Assembly: GCA_030697165.1 (NCBI GenBank)
Contig: JAUYQQ010000004.1
Coordinates: 205,390-269,389, forward strand
DNA length: 64,000 nt
Origin: Acidobacteriota bacterium
Lineage (GTDB): Bacteria > Acidobacteriota > Vicinamibacteria > Vicinamibacterales > UBA2999
Direction: 5' to 3'
A model generated the notes under the pieces. It made no database searches and had not been told where the DNA came from. It was given only the letters and a program-made list of their open reading frames with translations. The translations under genes were made by a program, and so were the position numbers. This document shows positions 34,885 through 43,737 of this stretch, one piece after another. Position 1 is the first letter of the stretch. The number at the start of each line of letters is the position of its first letter.

Positions 34885-35247
34885 TTACTTCTTGGCGACT
34901 GCGTAGCGCCGCGTCGATGTCGCGCCGGTGGCCACAACGCTGCCGGCCTCGACCAGGCGCCGCACGGCCATCGTCGCGACATAGGGCTTCACTTTCGCGT
35001 CGGCGATGATCTGCTTCATCGTGTCAGCGCCGTCGCGAATGACGCCAAGGATCACGTCGTCACCGCCGCCGGCCTTGGCTCGACCTTTCTTCGTCTTCCC
35101 GCGCTTGCCCGTCCGATCGAACTTGAACGGCAACTTCACCGGCCGGTCTTCAGACCCGCCGGCCTCGAGGACCGCGTCGCGCGCGGTCTCAAGCACGCGG
35201 ATGCGCGCGTTGAGGTCAGCCACCACAGCGTTGTAGGCGGCCTTCAT
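34885..35247 (-). CDS. winged-helix DNA-binding protein; alternative TTG start at 35298 would translate the (TCAG)9 repeat
   Basis: C-terminus DTMKQIIADAKVKPYVATMAVRRLVEAGSVVATG. The ATG at 35247 gives MKAAYNAVV.... The track ORF starts at TTG 35298 and reads MLSQSVSQSVSQSDFLP through the repeat. Confidence 0.5.
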   Translation of the reverse strand: MKAAYNAVVADLNARIRVLETARDAVLEAGGSEDRPVKLPFKFDRTGKRGKTKKGRAKAGGGDDVILGVIRDGADTMKQIIADAKVKPYVATMAVRRLVEAGSVVATGATSTRRYAVAKK

Positions 35248-35258
35248 GGGCAAAAAAT

Positions 35259-35294
35259 CTGACTGACTGACTGACTGACTGACTGACTGACTGA
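35259..35294. repeat. perfect tetranucleotide microsatellite (CTGA)9, which is (TCAG)9 on the coding strand
   Basis: Read directly: ctgactgactgactgactgactgactgactgactga, nine units. It lies between stop 35302-35304 and ATG 35247. Confidence 0.95.
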
Positions 35295-35301
35295 GCAACC
35301 C

Positions 35302-35688
35302 TCATGCCGTCTTCTCCAGTGGCGCCATCGCCTGAATTGCCGCTTCATACCCATCCGCGAAGCCCTCGCGCTTGGCGGTGGTGACGCGGTTCCCGATGTC
35401 TGCCTTCCCGTACTGCCGCCCGAGCAAGAACGCTTGCATCGGCGTCAACGTTGCGACGCGCTGACGGATGCGGTCGCTGCTGATCGCCCGCCGGCGGATG
35501 CCGCTCGAGGTGCCACCTTTGCGCCCAGCGAGGACGCGCACCTGGCGCGGCCGCACATCGGCCGAGCACTGCCGGCTGCAGAACCGGCGCGTCGGCCGCT
35601 CCGGCCGGAAGAACTGCCGGCAGGCTGGATTCGCGCACCGCTTATGCGCACGCCTGGTCGCCGGCCCGCGGTTGACCCCTCGAATCAC
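35302..35688 (-). CDS. basic zinc-ribbon protein
   Basis: CANPACRQFFRPERPTRRFCSRQC, followed by an Arg-rich segment. Confidence 0.5.
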   Translation of the reverse strand: MIRGVNRGPATRRAHKRCANPACRQFFRPERPTRRFCSRQCSADVRPRQVRVLAGRKGGTSSGIRRRAISSDRIRQRVATLTPMQAFLLGRQYGKADIGNRVTTAKREGFADGYEAAIQAMAPLEKTA

Positions 35689-36023
35689 CGCCGCCTCCGC
35701 GCCTTCGGCATCGGGCAGCAGCTGCAGCGCGTGCGCGTCTTGTCAATCCAGTGGCACGGCCGTCCGGTGAACACGCTCGGCAGGCACGCGTCGGTCTCGG
35801 TACAGCCGCATTCAACGCAGACGCCTTTCGGGAACACCGGCCGATCGACGGCGGCCAGCAGCTTGTCGCCCGGCACGCGCGGGTCGGCCATGAACAGCAC
35901 GGCCGTGACCGCGCTCGGCATCGACGCCCAGAAGCGCCAGTTCGTGGCGAGCCCGGGCAACGTCGCCCGGGCCGCCTTGTTGGCCGACAGCGCACGCCGC
36001 AAGCGACGCGTGCTGGCTTTCAC
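35685..36023 (-). CDS. hypothetical Cys-rich protein
   Basis: GVCVECGCTETDACLPSVFTGRPCHWIDKTRTRCSCC; a CxxCGC...C...C.W...CSCC pattern. Confidence 0.45.
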   Translation of the reverse strand: MKASTRRLRRALSANKAARATLPGLATNWRFWASMPSAVTAVLFMADPRVPGDKLLAAVDRPVFPKGVCVECGCTETDACLPSVFTGRPCHWIDKTRTRCSCCPMPKARRRR

Positions 36024-37585
36024 TTCTTCGCGCCTTTCGCCTTCTTGGCCGTCGCCGGCGCCGCCTTCTTCGGTTCCGGCTTGGGCGAGTGCTGATCGCG
36101 AACAGCCTCGAGCTTCTCGATGTCGAGTCCGAGCGGCTTGGCGACCGACTTGACGTAGCCCTCGAACGTCGGCCCGTTGTAGTCGTAGTAGCCGTCCACC
36201 TCGGTGACGAGAAACGCCGCGAAGGGCTTCTTGGTCCAGTCGACGCCGGCCTTCTTACACGCCGGCACGCTGATCATGAGGTCACTGTTCTCGAGGTGCT
36301 TCGCCTGAGCCGCAGTGATGGAGGTGGCACCCTTGACCTGGCGAATCGCCTCGGCATAGACGTGCGGCGCCAGTTTGTCCCAGGCCGCCCTCAGGGCCTT
36401 GCGTTCGCGCTCTTTCTTTTCCCAGGAGCTCTCTTCCTTCTTTGCGGCCTTCTTGTCACTCTTGTCGGCCTTCTTCGTCTCACCCTTGGCGCGCAGCTTC
36501 GCGCTGCGCTCACGGGCAGCGACCTGTTCCGGCCAATGCGTCTTGCACTTGTCTTTGTTGATGCAGACCTGCAGCGTCGTCCCCTGGCCCGGGCCAGCCA
36601 CAAAGACGCCGAGCACGCTGAACTCACAGGTCTCCGACTTCTCCTTGCCGTCGGCACGTTCCCAGGCCTGCTCGCCGTAGGTGCGATCGGTGTCGTCCTT
36701 GGCATCGTCGCTGACGCGATACTCGCGGGTGATCGAGATCACCTTGCGACCGCGGCCAGGTGTGGCCTCTGCAGCCCGCACCTGCTCGGCAACCGCTTCG
36801 AACTCCAGCGGCGCCGTCTTCGCCATGTGCTCGACGTCGAAGCGGACGTGGTGAGCAATCCAGGACTCGAGCTCCTTGACCGTTACCGGCTTGAGACCAC
36901 GATAGAGGTTCTTCTCGGTCGGCTCGTGGTCTTCGTCGTCGTCAAACTCGAGCTGGTTGTGCTCGGTTTGCCAGAGCCCCTCGCGGCCGGTGCGAGAGTC
37001 CTGAGTCCAGTCGACCGCGCGTTCCTGGTCCTCCACCTTCAGCTTCGCCAGCAGCTCCGCGTGGCCGACCAGGATGCGGTCGGCGTCGAGGAGCTTCTTC
37101 AGGATCGGGATGAGGTCGAGCAGCTTCATCCGGTCCCACACGTACTTCTCGCTGCGACCGATGCGGTCGGCGATGTAAGCCGCGGAGTACTTCGACTTGT
37201 TCGACTCGATGAGGGCCTTGAAGCCGCCCGCCTCCTCAAGCGGCGTCAGCTCCTGCTTCTGGATGGAGGTCAGCAGCATCATCTCGATGGCGTCGCTGTC
37301 CGACAGGTCGTCGCGGACGATCGCGGGCAGCTCGGTGATGTTGCCGGCCGACGTCGACGCCCGATAGCGCCGCTCGCCGTCGATGATCTCGAACTTCTTA
37401 CCCTTGGTCCGCAACACCAGGGGCACGATGACCTCGCCCCGCTTCTGAATGTTGGCGGACAGTTCGGCCAGTGACTCCGCTGTGAACTTCTTGCGCGGGT
37501 TCATCGGCGAGGGGAACAGCAGCTCAATCGGGACCATGCGCCCGACGAACTGCCCGGTGGTGGTGTCTGTCGCTGTCGTTGTCAT
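36020..37585 (-). CDS. ParB-like nuclease / partition-family DNA-binding protein
   Basis: PIELLFPSPMNPRKKF...IVPLVLRTKGKKFEIIDGERRYRAS... (ParB box), and the HTH-like SAAYIADRIGRSEKYVWDRMKLLDL. Confidence 0.8.
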   Translation of the reverse strand: MTTTATDTTTGQFVGRMVPIELLFPSPMNPRKKFTAESLAELSANIQKRGEVIVPLVLRTKGKKFEIIDGERRYRASTSAGNITELPAIVRDDLSDSDAIEMMLLTSIQKQELTPLEEAGGFKALIESNKSKYSAAYIADRIGRSEKYVWDRMKLLDLIPILKKLLDADRILVGHAELLAKLKVEDQERAVDWTQDSRTGREGLWQTEHNQLEFDDDEDHEPTEKNLYRGLKPVTVKELESWIAHHVRFDVEHMAKTAPLEFEAVAEQVRAAEATPGRGRKVISITREYRVSDDAKDDTDRTYGEQAWERADGKEKSETCEFSVLGVFVAGPGQGTTLQVCINKDKCKTHWPEQVAARERSAKLRAKGETKKADKSDKKAAKKEESSWEKKERERKALRAAWDKLAPHVYAEAIRQVKGATSITAAQAKHLENSDLMISVPACKKAGVDWTKKPFAAFLVTEVDGYYDYNGPTFEGYVKSVAKPLGLDIEKLEAVRDQHSPKPEPKKAAPATAKKAKGAKK

Positions 37586-37622
37586 GTCGCTGTCGCTACC
37601 TCTCTATGGGTGTGTGAAGTGC

Positions 37623-37973
37623 CTAGTTGACGCGGCCCTCGGCCGAGCCGGGGATCGTCTTCAGCACCGGCTGCGAGTCTTCGAGGCCGTTCTTGTGGCG
37701 GTCGATGCGGTCGAGCATCAGCGAGACCGCGTTCTGGGCGTTGTCGCGCTCGCTCTTGGCTTCGGCGGCTTTGCCCTTGGCCTGCTCCCACTTCCGATCG
37801 GCGTGCTGAAACACGTGGTTCAGCTCGAGCAGGTGCTCGACGGCCTTCTCCGCGTCGAACGGACCGTCGAACACGTATTCCTCGACCTCGCCGCCGGCGC
37901 CGGTATCGGCGGCGTCGTCTCCGGCCGCGGCCGACTTGCGATCGACCTGGTTGTCTGTCTTCCTGCGTCCCAT
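37623..37973 (-). CDS. hypothetical acidic helical protein
   Basis: A 116-aa ORF downstream of the helicase. Confidence 0.4.
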   Translation of the reverse strand: MGRRKTDNQVDRKSAAAGDDAADTGAGGEVEEYVFDGPFDAEKAVEHLLELNHVFQHADRKWEQAKGKAAEAKSERDNAQNAVSLMLDRIDRHKNGLEDSQPVLKTIPGSAEGRVN

Positions 37974-39236
37974 TTACTGACCTCCTGCTGTCGCGGCTCC
38001 CGCCGCTCGTGTTGCGTTACTGGCGAATCCGCGGGGTAACCCGAAGTGCACGTTCGTCAACACGCGATCCCGCTGCTCGCCGGTGACGATGACCCACTGC
38101 TGACCGGTCTTCCCGCCGGGCTGCATCCACAGCTGCTCGATGGGACCGAACTTCTTCTTGAGGCCGACCATGTCGACGACGTGCGCGGTCGGTTTGGAGG
38201 GATGCGGCCGAATGACCCGGCCGACTTGCTGGTAATAGAGGGCGAGCGACATCGTCTCGCGCGCCAGGACGACCGTCGTGAGCTCGGGATAGTCGAAGCC
38301 GACGCTGAGCACGCCGACATTGGCGACGTAGCGCGTGAGCCCCTTCTTGAAGGACCACAAGATCTGCGCCCGCTTGTCGGCTGGCGTCTCGGCCGTGATC
38401 ACCGCGCCGCCGGGCACCGCGTTCACCAGGGCCGCGCTCTCCTCGGTGAAGCGGGTGAACACGAGGACCGACTTATGCCCCGTCTGCAACAGGTTGTGCA
38501 CGTTCTCCTGCAGCCGGCCGCCGAAGCCCGATTCGCGGTGATAGCGCTGCAGCGACGCGTCGTCGTAGTCGGCGCCGGTGGAGTTCAGGCGCAGCTGCGT
38601 CGCGTCGACGATGTCGCGCTCGTGATAGGTCAGCGGCGCGAGGAACCCGGCCCGGAACAGCGGCGCCAGGTTCAGGTAGTAGACGACGTCGTCGAAGATG
38701 CGCGGACGCGTCCGCGTGAGGAACCGCAGTTGCGAGCCCATGCCGTCCGACGCCAGCCGGTAGGGCGTCGCCGTCAGCCCGATCACCCGGGCGTGCGACA
38801 ACACGTCCAGGAAGTTCAGATACATGCCGCCCTTGGCGTTGACCAGGTGGCACTCGTCGATCAGCACGTACTTGAACTGCTTGAACAGCTCGGCATCGCG
38901 CACGACGCTGCCGATCGTCGCGAACGTGATCATGCCCATCCGCTTCTTGCCGACCGAGGCCGACCAGATGCCCGGGAAGTAGCCGTAGCTGCGCATCTTC
39001 TCGGCGTTCTGCTCGAGGATCTCCTTCGAGGGCTGGAACACCAGGACCGGTTCGTTCAGCCGCGCGGCCAAGGCCGCAATGACCAGCGACTTGCCGGCGC
39101 CGGTGGGGATGACGATCAACCCGTTACGGCCCTTGAATTGCGGCTGCGTCAGGTAGGACACGCCGCGATCGACCGCGTGCTGCTGGTAGATGCGCAGGGT
39201 GTAGCCGGTGGACGCCGCGGCCAGGAGGCTGCTCAT
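37974..39236 (-). CDS. superfamily-2 DEAD/DEAH-box helicase
   Basis: Motif I is LIVIPTGAGKS and motif II is LIDECH. Also present are ...GLTATPYR..., a late ...QQVGRVIRP (motif VI), and ...VLVFTRF.... Confidence 0.85.
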   Translation of the reverse strand: MSSLLAAASTGYTLRIYQQHAVDRGVSYLTQPQFKGRNGLIVIPTGAGKSLVIAALAARLNEPVLVFQPSKEILEQNAEKMRSYGYFPGIWSASVGKKRMGMITFATIGSVVRDAELFKQFKYVLIDECHLVNAKGGMYLNFLDVLSHARVIGLTATPYRLASDGMGSQLRFLTRTRPRIFDDVVYYLNLAPLFRAGFLAPLTYHERDIVDATQLRLNSTGADYDDASLQRYHRESGFGGRLQENVHNLLQTGHKSVLVFTRFTEESAALVNAVPGGAVITAETPADKRAQILWSFKKGLTRYVANVGVLSVGFDYPELTTVVLARETMSLALYYQQVGRVIRPHPSKPTAHVVDMVGLKKKFGPIEQLWMQPGGKTGQQWVIVTGEQRDRVLTNVHFGLPRGFASNATRAAGAATAGGQ

Positions 39237-39661
39237 TCGCTCACCGCCGCCGGCAGCCGGTAGTGCGGGACCTGGTGGGCTTTCACGTAGCCCTCGGCGA
39301 TCAGCCAGGCGATGACGTCGTCCAGGCTGCCGCCGATGTAGTCGATGCCGGCGGCGAGCGCGAGGCCGCGGTATTCGATCTGCTCCGAGCTGAAGCGTCC
39401 GCCCTTTGCACGCTTGGCTTCGACCACGACGAACCGACGCGTGAGCGAGGCCTTGCCGGCGTCACAGCGCCATGCGCGCTTCTCCGGCAGGAAGAACTGC
39501 AGGTCCGGCAGGCCAGGTGTCTGCATCGTGCCGGGGTGGTCGCCCTTTCGGCGCACCGTGCCGAGCACGTATTCCTTCGCACCGAGCGTCTTCATCAGCT
39601 CTCGGATCGCGAGCTGCTCGCCCTTCTCGAGGCGTGTGGTGTTTTTCGGTCGTGGGCTCAT
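39233..39661 (-). CDS. VRR-NUC domain nuclease
   Basis: ...GLPDLQFFLP...RRFVVVEAKRAKGGRFSSEQIEYRGLALAAG. This is the PD-(D/E)xK core D...E.K followed by Q. Pairing with an SF2 helicase is usual in phages. Confidence 0.7.
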   Translation of the reverse strand: MSPRPKNTTRLEKGEQLAIRELMKTLGAKEYVLGTVRRKGDHPGTMQTPGLPDLQFFLPEKRAWRCDAGKASLTRRFVVVEAKRAKGGRFSSEQIEYRGLALAAGIDYIGGSLDDVIAWLIAEGYVKAHQVPHYRLPAAVSE

Positions 39662-40020
39662 CGACCACCGCCGATCTGCTTGCTGCGGCCGTCGTCACCC
39701 GAGACCAGGCGCAGCTCCCGCCGCACCTGTTTAATGACCTTGCCCGTGGTACCGCGCTGATGCGCTTCCTCGAAGCGACGAATCGCGCTGGGGGGCTCGG
39801 CGGCCGGGCGCGGCGGCTGTTCGCGGTGCACGGACTCGATCGGCAAGCTCACCGGCCGTGGCCGCGGTTGCTCGACCATCGCGATCGTCGTGCGCGTGGT
39901 GTGCAGGCATTCGTTATTGCGGCAGGTCTGAACGACCGTGCCGCGGTAGCGCGCACTCGGAATCGCGGACGACAACTTGTCACCGCACTTCGGGCAGGTG
40001 GTCGGGGTCGGGAAGCTCAT
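39658..40020 (-). CDS. zinc-ribbon protein
   Basis: TCPKCGDKL...CRNNEC. Confidence 0.45.
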   Translation of the reverse strand: MSFPTPTTCPKCGDKLSSAIPSARYRGTVVQTCRNNECLHTTRTTIAMVEQPRPRPVSLPIESVHREQPPRPAAEPPSAIRRFEEAHQRGTTGKVIKQVRRELRLVSGDDGRSKQIGGGR

Positions 40021-40856
40021 TAGCTGGCCCTCGCTTTCGCTACGGGCCGAGGTTTGGCGATCGCCCGAACGCTCAGCGAGCCTTGCCCCGCGGCGGCCAG
40101 GCCTTCACCAATGGTCCCGGTGTAGTGCTTCATCAACCAGGTGGCCATGTCGGGCTGCTCGACGTAGAGCTCGAGGCGGCCGTTCACGATGTGCGCCGCG
40201 TAGACGTGCTCGAACCACTGCAGCGACCGAGGGGCCTGCAGCCTCGCCAGCTCTTTGATTTGCACCCAGACCTGCCAGCCATTTCCAACGGTGCTGGCGT
40301 GGGCATCTGAGGGGCTGGTGATTACTGTTAGGTCTGGCTGAGAAAGATCAGCAGACGAAGAGACGATCTCCGATCGCGGTTGGGTACCCGATTCAGGATC
40401 TGTATTTGTGTTTGTATTTGTATGGGTTTCGAGTGGGTTACCCCGTGGCAAACCCATGGGTTTACCCACGGCTAAACCCATGGGTTTCTTGCCGCCGCGG
40501 GGACCGGGTGGCCGCCCGCCCTTCTTGCCGTTGACTCGCTGACGCTCGAAGAACTCCTCGACCTCTGTGCGGACCTCTTCCATCCGGACGTTGCGCCAGG
40601 CGCCATCGCTGCCCTTGACGAACTTGCTACCGATCGACGCCCAGACCGTCTTCGCTTCCGCCCTGGTGCGGGTGCCCATGATCAGGCCGAGGGCGTCGAT
40701 GTCGTCGCCTGGGATGCTTTTCTTGTCCCACTGGTAGATCAGCAGCGAGATGTAGCCGCCACGCGCGGCCGCCGGCAGCGCGAGCGTGCCCTCTCTGAAA
40801 TCCCGGTGATAGAACGGGAAGTAATACGGCGATTCGTAAGGCGTCGACGCGTCCAT
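40020..40856 (-). CDS. replication-associated protein: N-terminal DUF1376-type domain and a C-terminal domain resembling DnaA domain I
   Basis: N-terminus YYFPFYHRDFREGTLALPAAARGGYISLLIYQW has the DUF1376 pattern. C-terminus WQVWVQIKELARLQAPRSLQWFEHVYAAHIVNGRLELYVEQPDMATWLMKHYTGTIGEGL. The low-complexity linker carries the DNA repeats. Confidence 0.65.
   Translation of the reverse strand: MDASTPYESPYYFPFYHRDFREGTLALPAAARGGYISLLIYQWDKKSIPGDDIDALGLIMGTRTRAEAKTVWASIGSKFVKGSDGAWRNVRMEEVRTEVEEFFERQRVNGKKGGRPPGPRGGKKPMGLAVGKPMGLPRGNPLETHTNTNTNTDPESGTQPRSEIVSSSADLSQPDLTVITSPSDAHASTVGNGWQVWVQIKELARLQAPRSLQWFEHVYAAHIVNGRLELYVEQPDMATWLMKHYTGTIGEGLAAAGQGSLSVRAIAKPRPVAKARAS
40401..40487. repeat. candidate phage replication origin: AT-rich tract plus repeated 14-bp palindrome AAACCCATGGGTTT
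   Basis: tgtatttgtgtttgtatttgtat lies at 40401-40423. GGGTTT/GGGTTA motifs follow. The exact palindrome aaacccatgggttt occurs at 40450-40463 and at 40474-40487 (24-bp spacing). All of this is inside the linker of gene 40020..40856. Confidence 0.4.
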
Positions 40857-40858
40857 GT

Positions 40859-41209
40859 CTACTCGAGGACCTCAAGGGGAAACGTCACCGGGAGCAAGGC
40901 GCGCAGCTCGTCATAGGCCTGGTTGTCGAACAGGCTGATGACGTCGGCGGCGGCCGGCGGGATCCTGTAGATGACGTGGCCGGCGGTGAGCGTCGACAGC
41001 CCACAACTGACACGAGGGTCGCCAAACGTGCGCCGGACCGCCGTGGACAGCAGGCAGTCGCGGCAGCGATCGAACCCCTCGCCGGCGGCGCGCAAGGCTC
41101 GCATGGTGGCGTCCAGGTCTGAGACCGTGACCGTGACCTGACGCCCGTGGACTAGTGCTTTAACAGGTTGACTTTCTGAACCTGCGAACGCCGATGGCGG
41201 GTGCATCAC
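40859..41209 (-). CDS. hypothetical protein
   Basis: A 116-aa ORF packed between the SbcC-like and replication genes. Confidence 0.4.
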   Translation of the reverse strand: MMHPPSAFAGSESQPVKALVHGRQVTVTVSDLDATMRALRAAGEGFDRCRDCLLSTAVRRTFGDPRVSCGLSTLTAGHVIYRIPPAAADVISLFDNQAYDELRALLPVTFPLEVLE

Positions 41210-43737
41210 GCGGCCTCCTGCAGGTAAGGCGGCAGCTTCGGCGTCACCGTGCCGCTGGCGACCAGCAGCTGCGCGTCGGCCAGGGCATAAGCGTCCGGGT
41301 CGTGGCTGATGAACAGCACCTGGTGGAAGCCGCCCAGCTCCATCACCTTGCGAAGCATCTGGATGTAGCGCTGGGTGTTCTCCTTTGTCAGGGCGCCGGT
41401 CGTCTCGTCACGGAAGAGCGTGAGGATCCGGACGTCCGACCGCTCGTTGACGTAGATAGCGATCGCGTTCATCAACGCTTCGGCGACGATGACTTCCTCG
41501 CCGCCAGACAAGTCGCTGATGTCGCGCACGTCGCCGGTCTGGTTGTCGGTGACTAGGACGGTGAACTCGTCCTTCATGCCCTTGCCGTCGGCCTTGGCCA
41601 CCTGCGTGACGAGCTCCACCGAGAACCGGGATTCGAAGCAGTCTGCGAGGATTTGATTCGTCGTCGCGGAGATCTCGGGCCCGGCTTGGTCCGTCTCGAG
41701 AGCCGGCAGGCCGTCGCGATCGAGCGCCTTTTGCAGCAGCTGCCATTCGAGCAGCTCTGTGTCCAGGCGCGTCAGGCGGCCTTGCAGGACCGTCAGGTGC
41801 TTGCGCTGGTCGTAGATGTCCGACTGGCGCAGGACGGTGGCGTTGAAGTCAGCGATGGCCGTCGCGACGGCGGTGACCGCGGCGTCCCGATCGGCACGCT
41901 TCTCGGCCAGTTCCGCCTGCAGGGCGGTGGCCATCTGGTTGCCGTTCTCGAGCGCCTGCAGTTCGTCGAGGGCCGAAGCATGTGCGGCGGCCGCCGTCGA
42001 CGCGGCCGCCGACAGGCCGGATTGCTTGAGCTTCGCGGCCTCGAGTCTGGCCGCGGCGCGGGTGGAAGAGTCTGACTTCGCGGCTTCGAACTCTTCCACC
42101 AACGTCACGCGTTCGGCGCTGCGCTGCTCCGCGGCGGTGACGTGGCGACCGCGGGTCTCCTTGGTGCGCTGGGCCGCATCCTTCTCGGCGTCGACCTTCC
42201 AGTCGTTCAGTTCCTTGACGCGGGCGTCGGAGCCCGCGAGCTTCTCCGAGTACTTCGCCGGTTCCTGGGCGGCCAGGAGTTGCAGCTCGACATCGAGGAG
42301 CGTGGCCTTCTTGCTGACCAGCGCCTGCGCGTTCGCCCGCGATTCGTCCAGCAACGCCGTCCGGGTTTCGTTCGCGGCCGCCACGCCGGCGAGCTGAGCC
42401 CGCAGGTCCGCGATCAGGCCCTCGGCCGTCTTGGCGTTGACGAGCAGCTGGCAGCCGGCGAATTCGCCGCGGCCGCCGCAGGGCACGTGCTCGAGCAGCG
42501 CGGCGTCGGTCGTCGCGCGGTCCAGTTCGGTCTGCGGCTTCGTGAAGCCCGCGATGACCTTCTCGTTCTCGGCCTGGCGTGTGGCCAGCGCGGTCTGCTG
42601 CTCGACCAGAGCGTCCCGCTCCGCGCGGAGCCGGCTGACCTCCGGTGTCAGGCGCTCGATCGTCGTGACGGCCGCGCGGATGTCGTCGGCCATGCCCTGG
42701 ATGGTGGCGTTGCCATCGAGCTTGGTCTGGATGCCGGCGAGCTTCGTCCTCAGTTCGTTGGTGATCGCCTGCAGTTCCTCGGCGTCAGCGATCGCGCCCT
42801 TCGCGTCGCGGGCGCTGACGTCCCGCAGCTTCTCGTCGTGACGCAGTTGCAGCGTCATCAGGGCTCGTGACTCGGCCAGCGTGGCGGCCAGGTCCTCGGC
42901 GACGTGCGCCGCCAGCGCCGCCTCGGCATCGACGCGGGCCGCGGCGAGCTGCGCCACTTTATGTGTGGCGGCCGCGTGCGCGCCCACCTGGTCGGACAGC
43001 ATCGCCAGCCGCTGCTCGACGCCTGCGATACAGACAGCCAGGTCGTCACGACGGCGTTCGGCCGAGGCCTGCGCGTCGGCCAGGTGCGCGGCCTGCTCGG
43101 TAAGCAGCTCCGTCACCGACGGCGCGGTCTCGCGCTCGAGCACGTCGACCTCGGCCTTCACCCGCGTGCGGACCTTGTCGACTTCCGCGGCCGCGCCCTT
43201 CGCGGCTTCGCTCATCCTGACCAGGCGGTCGACGCCCAGCAACGAATTGAAGATGTCGCGCCGGTCCTTCTTCTCGGCCTTCACGAACGAGCCCGACTTG
43301 TTCTGGGCGGCGAACGCCGAGGCCTTGAAGACATGGAGCGGCGGGAACACCTTCGCGACGGCGCCGTCGTAGGTGCTGACCTTGCCGTCGTTCAGCGGCC
43401 GCACGCCCTTGTCGTCGGACGCATGAAGCGCCGCGCTGGCGCCGCCCTTGATGCCGTCAACGGTCAGGCGCGACTGATACCAGGTCGTGTCGTCGAGCTT
43501 CCAAGACGCCGCGATGAAGCTGTCGCGGTCCATCGCGTAGGACTTCAGGTCGCCGGTGCGGGACAGCATCTCGCGGTAGAGGCCTGCCGGCGCCGCCTCG
43601 AGGAGCGTGGTCTTACCTTCGCCGTTGCCACCGACCAGGGCGATGAGACCCGCCGGCAGCTTACGAAAGTCGATCGTGACTTCCTTGCCGGCGAACGCCG
43701 TCATGAAGCCGCGGACGGTGAGGGATTCGAGCTTCAT
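41206..43737 (-). CDS. SbcC/Rad50-like SMC-type ATPase
   Basis: Start at MKLESLTVRGF (ATGA overlap with the upstream stop). Walker A is LVGGNGEGKTT. A very long Ala/Glu/Leu coiled coil contains a CGG hook-like site (HVPCGGRGEFAGC). The C-terminal signature is LSGGEEVIVAEAL and Walker B is ILTLFRDE. Confidence 0.8.
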   Translation of the reverse strand: MKLESLTVRGFMTAFAGKEVTIDFRKLPAGLIALVGGNGEGKTTLLEAAPAGLYREMLSRTGDLKSYAMDRDSFIAASWKLDDTTWYQSRLTVDGIKGGASAALHASDDKGVRPLNDGKVSTYDGAVAKVFPPLHVFKASAFAAQNKSGSFVKAEKKDRRDIFNSLLGVDRLVRMSEAAKGAAAEVDKVRTRVKAEVDVLERETAPSVTELLTEQAAHLADAQASAERRRDDLAVCIAGVEQRLAMLSDQVGAHAAATHKVAQLAAARVDAEAALAAHVAEDLAATLAESRALMTLQLRHDEKLRDVSARDAKGAIADAEELQAITNELRTKLAGIQTKLDGNATIQGMADDIRAAVTTIERLTPEVSRLRAERDALVEQQTALATRQAENEKVIAGFTKPQTELDRATTDAALLEHVPCGGRGEFAGCQLLVNAKTAEGLIADLRAQLAGVAAANETRTALLDESRANAQALVSKKATLLDVELQLLAAQEPAKYSEKLAGSDARVKELNDWKVDAEKDAAQRTKETRGRHVTAAEQRSAERVTLVEEFEAAKSDSSTRAAARLEAAKLKQSGLSAAASTAAAAHASALDELQALENGNQMATALQAELAEKRADRDAAVTAVATAIADFNATVLRQSDIYDQRKHLTVLQGRLTRLDTELLEWQLLQKALDRDGLPALETDQAGPEISATTNQILADCFESRFSVELVTQVAKADGKGMKDEFTVLVTDNQTGDVRDISDLSGGEEVIVAEALMNAIAIYVNERSDVRILTLFRDETTGALTKENTQRYIQMLRKVMELGGFHQVLFISHDPDAYALADAQLLVASGTVTPKLPPYLQEAA

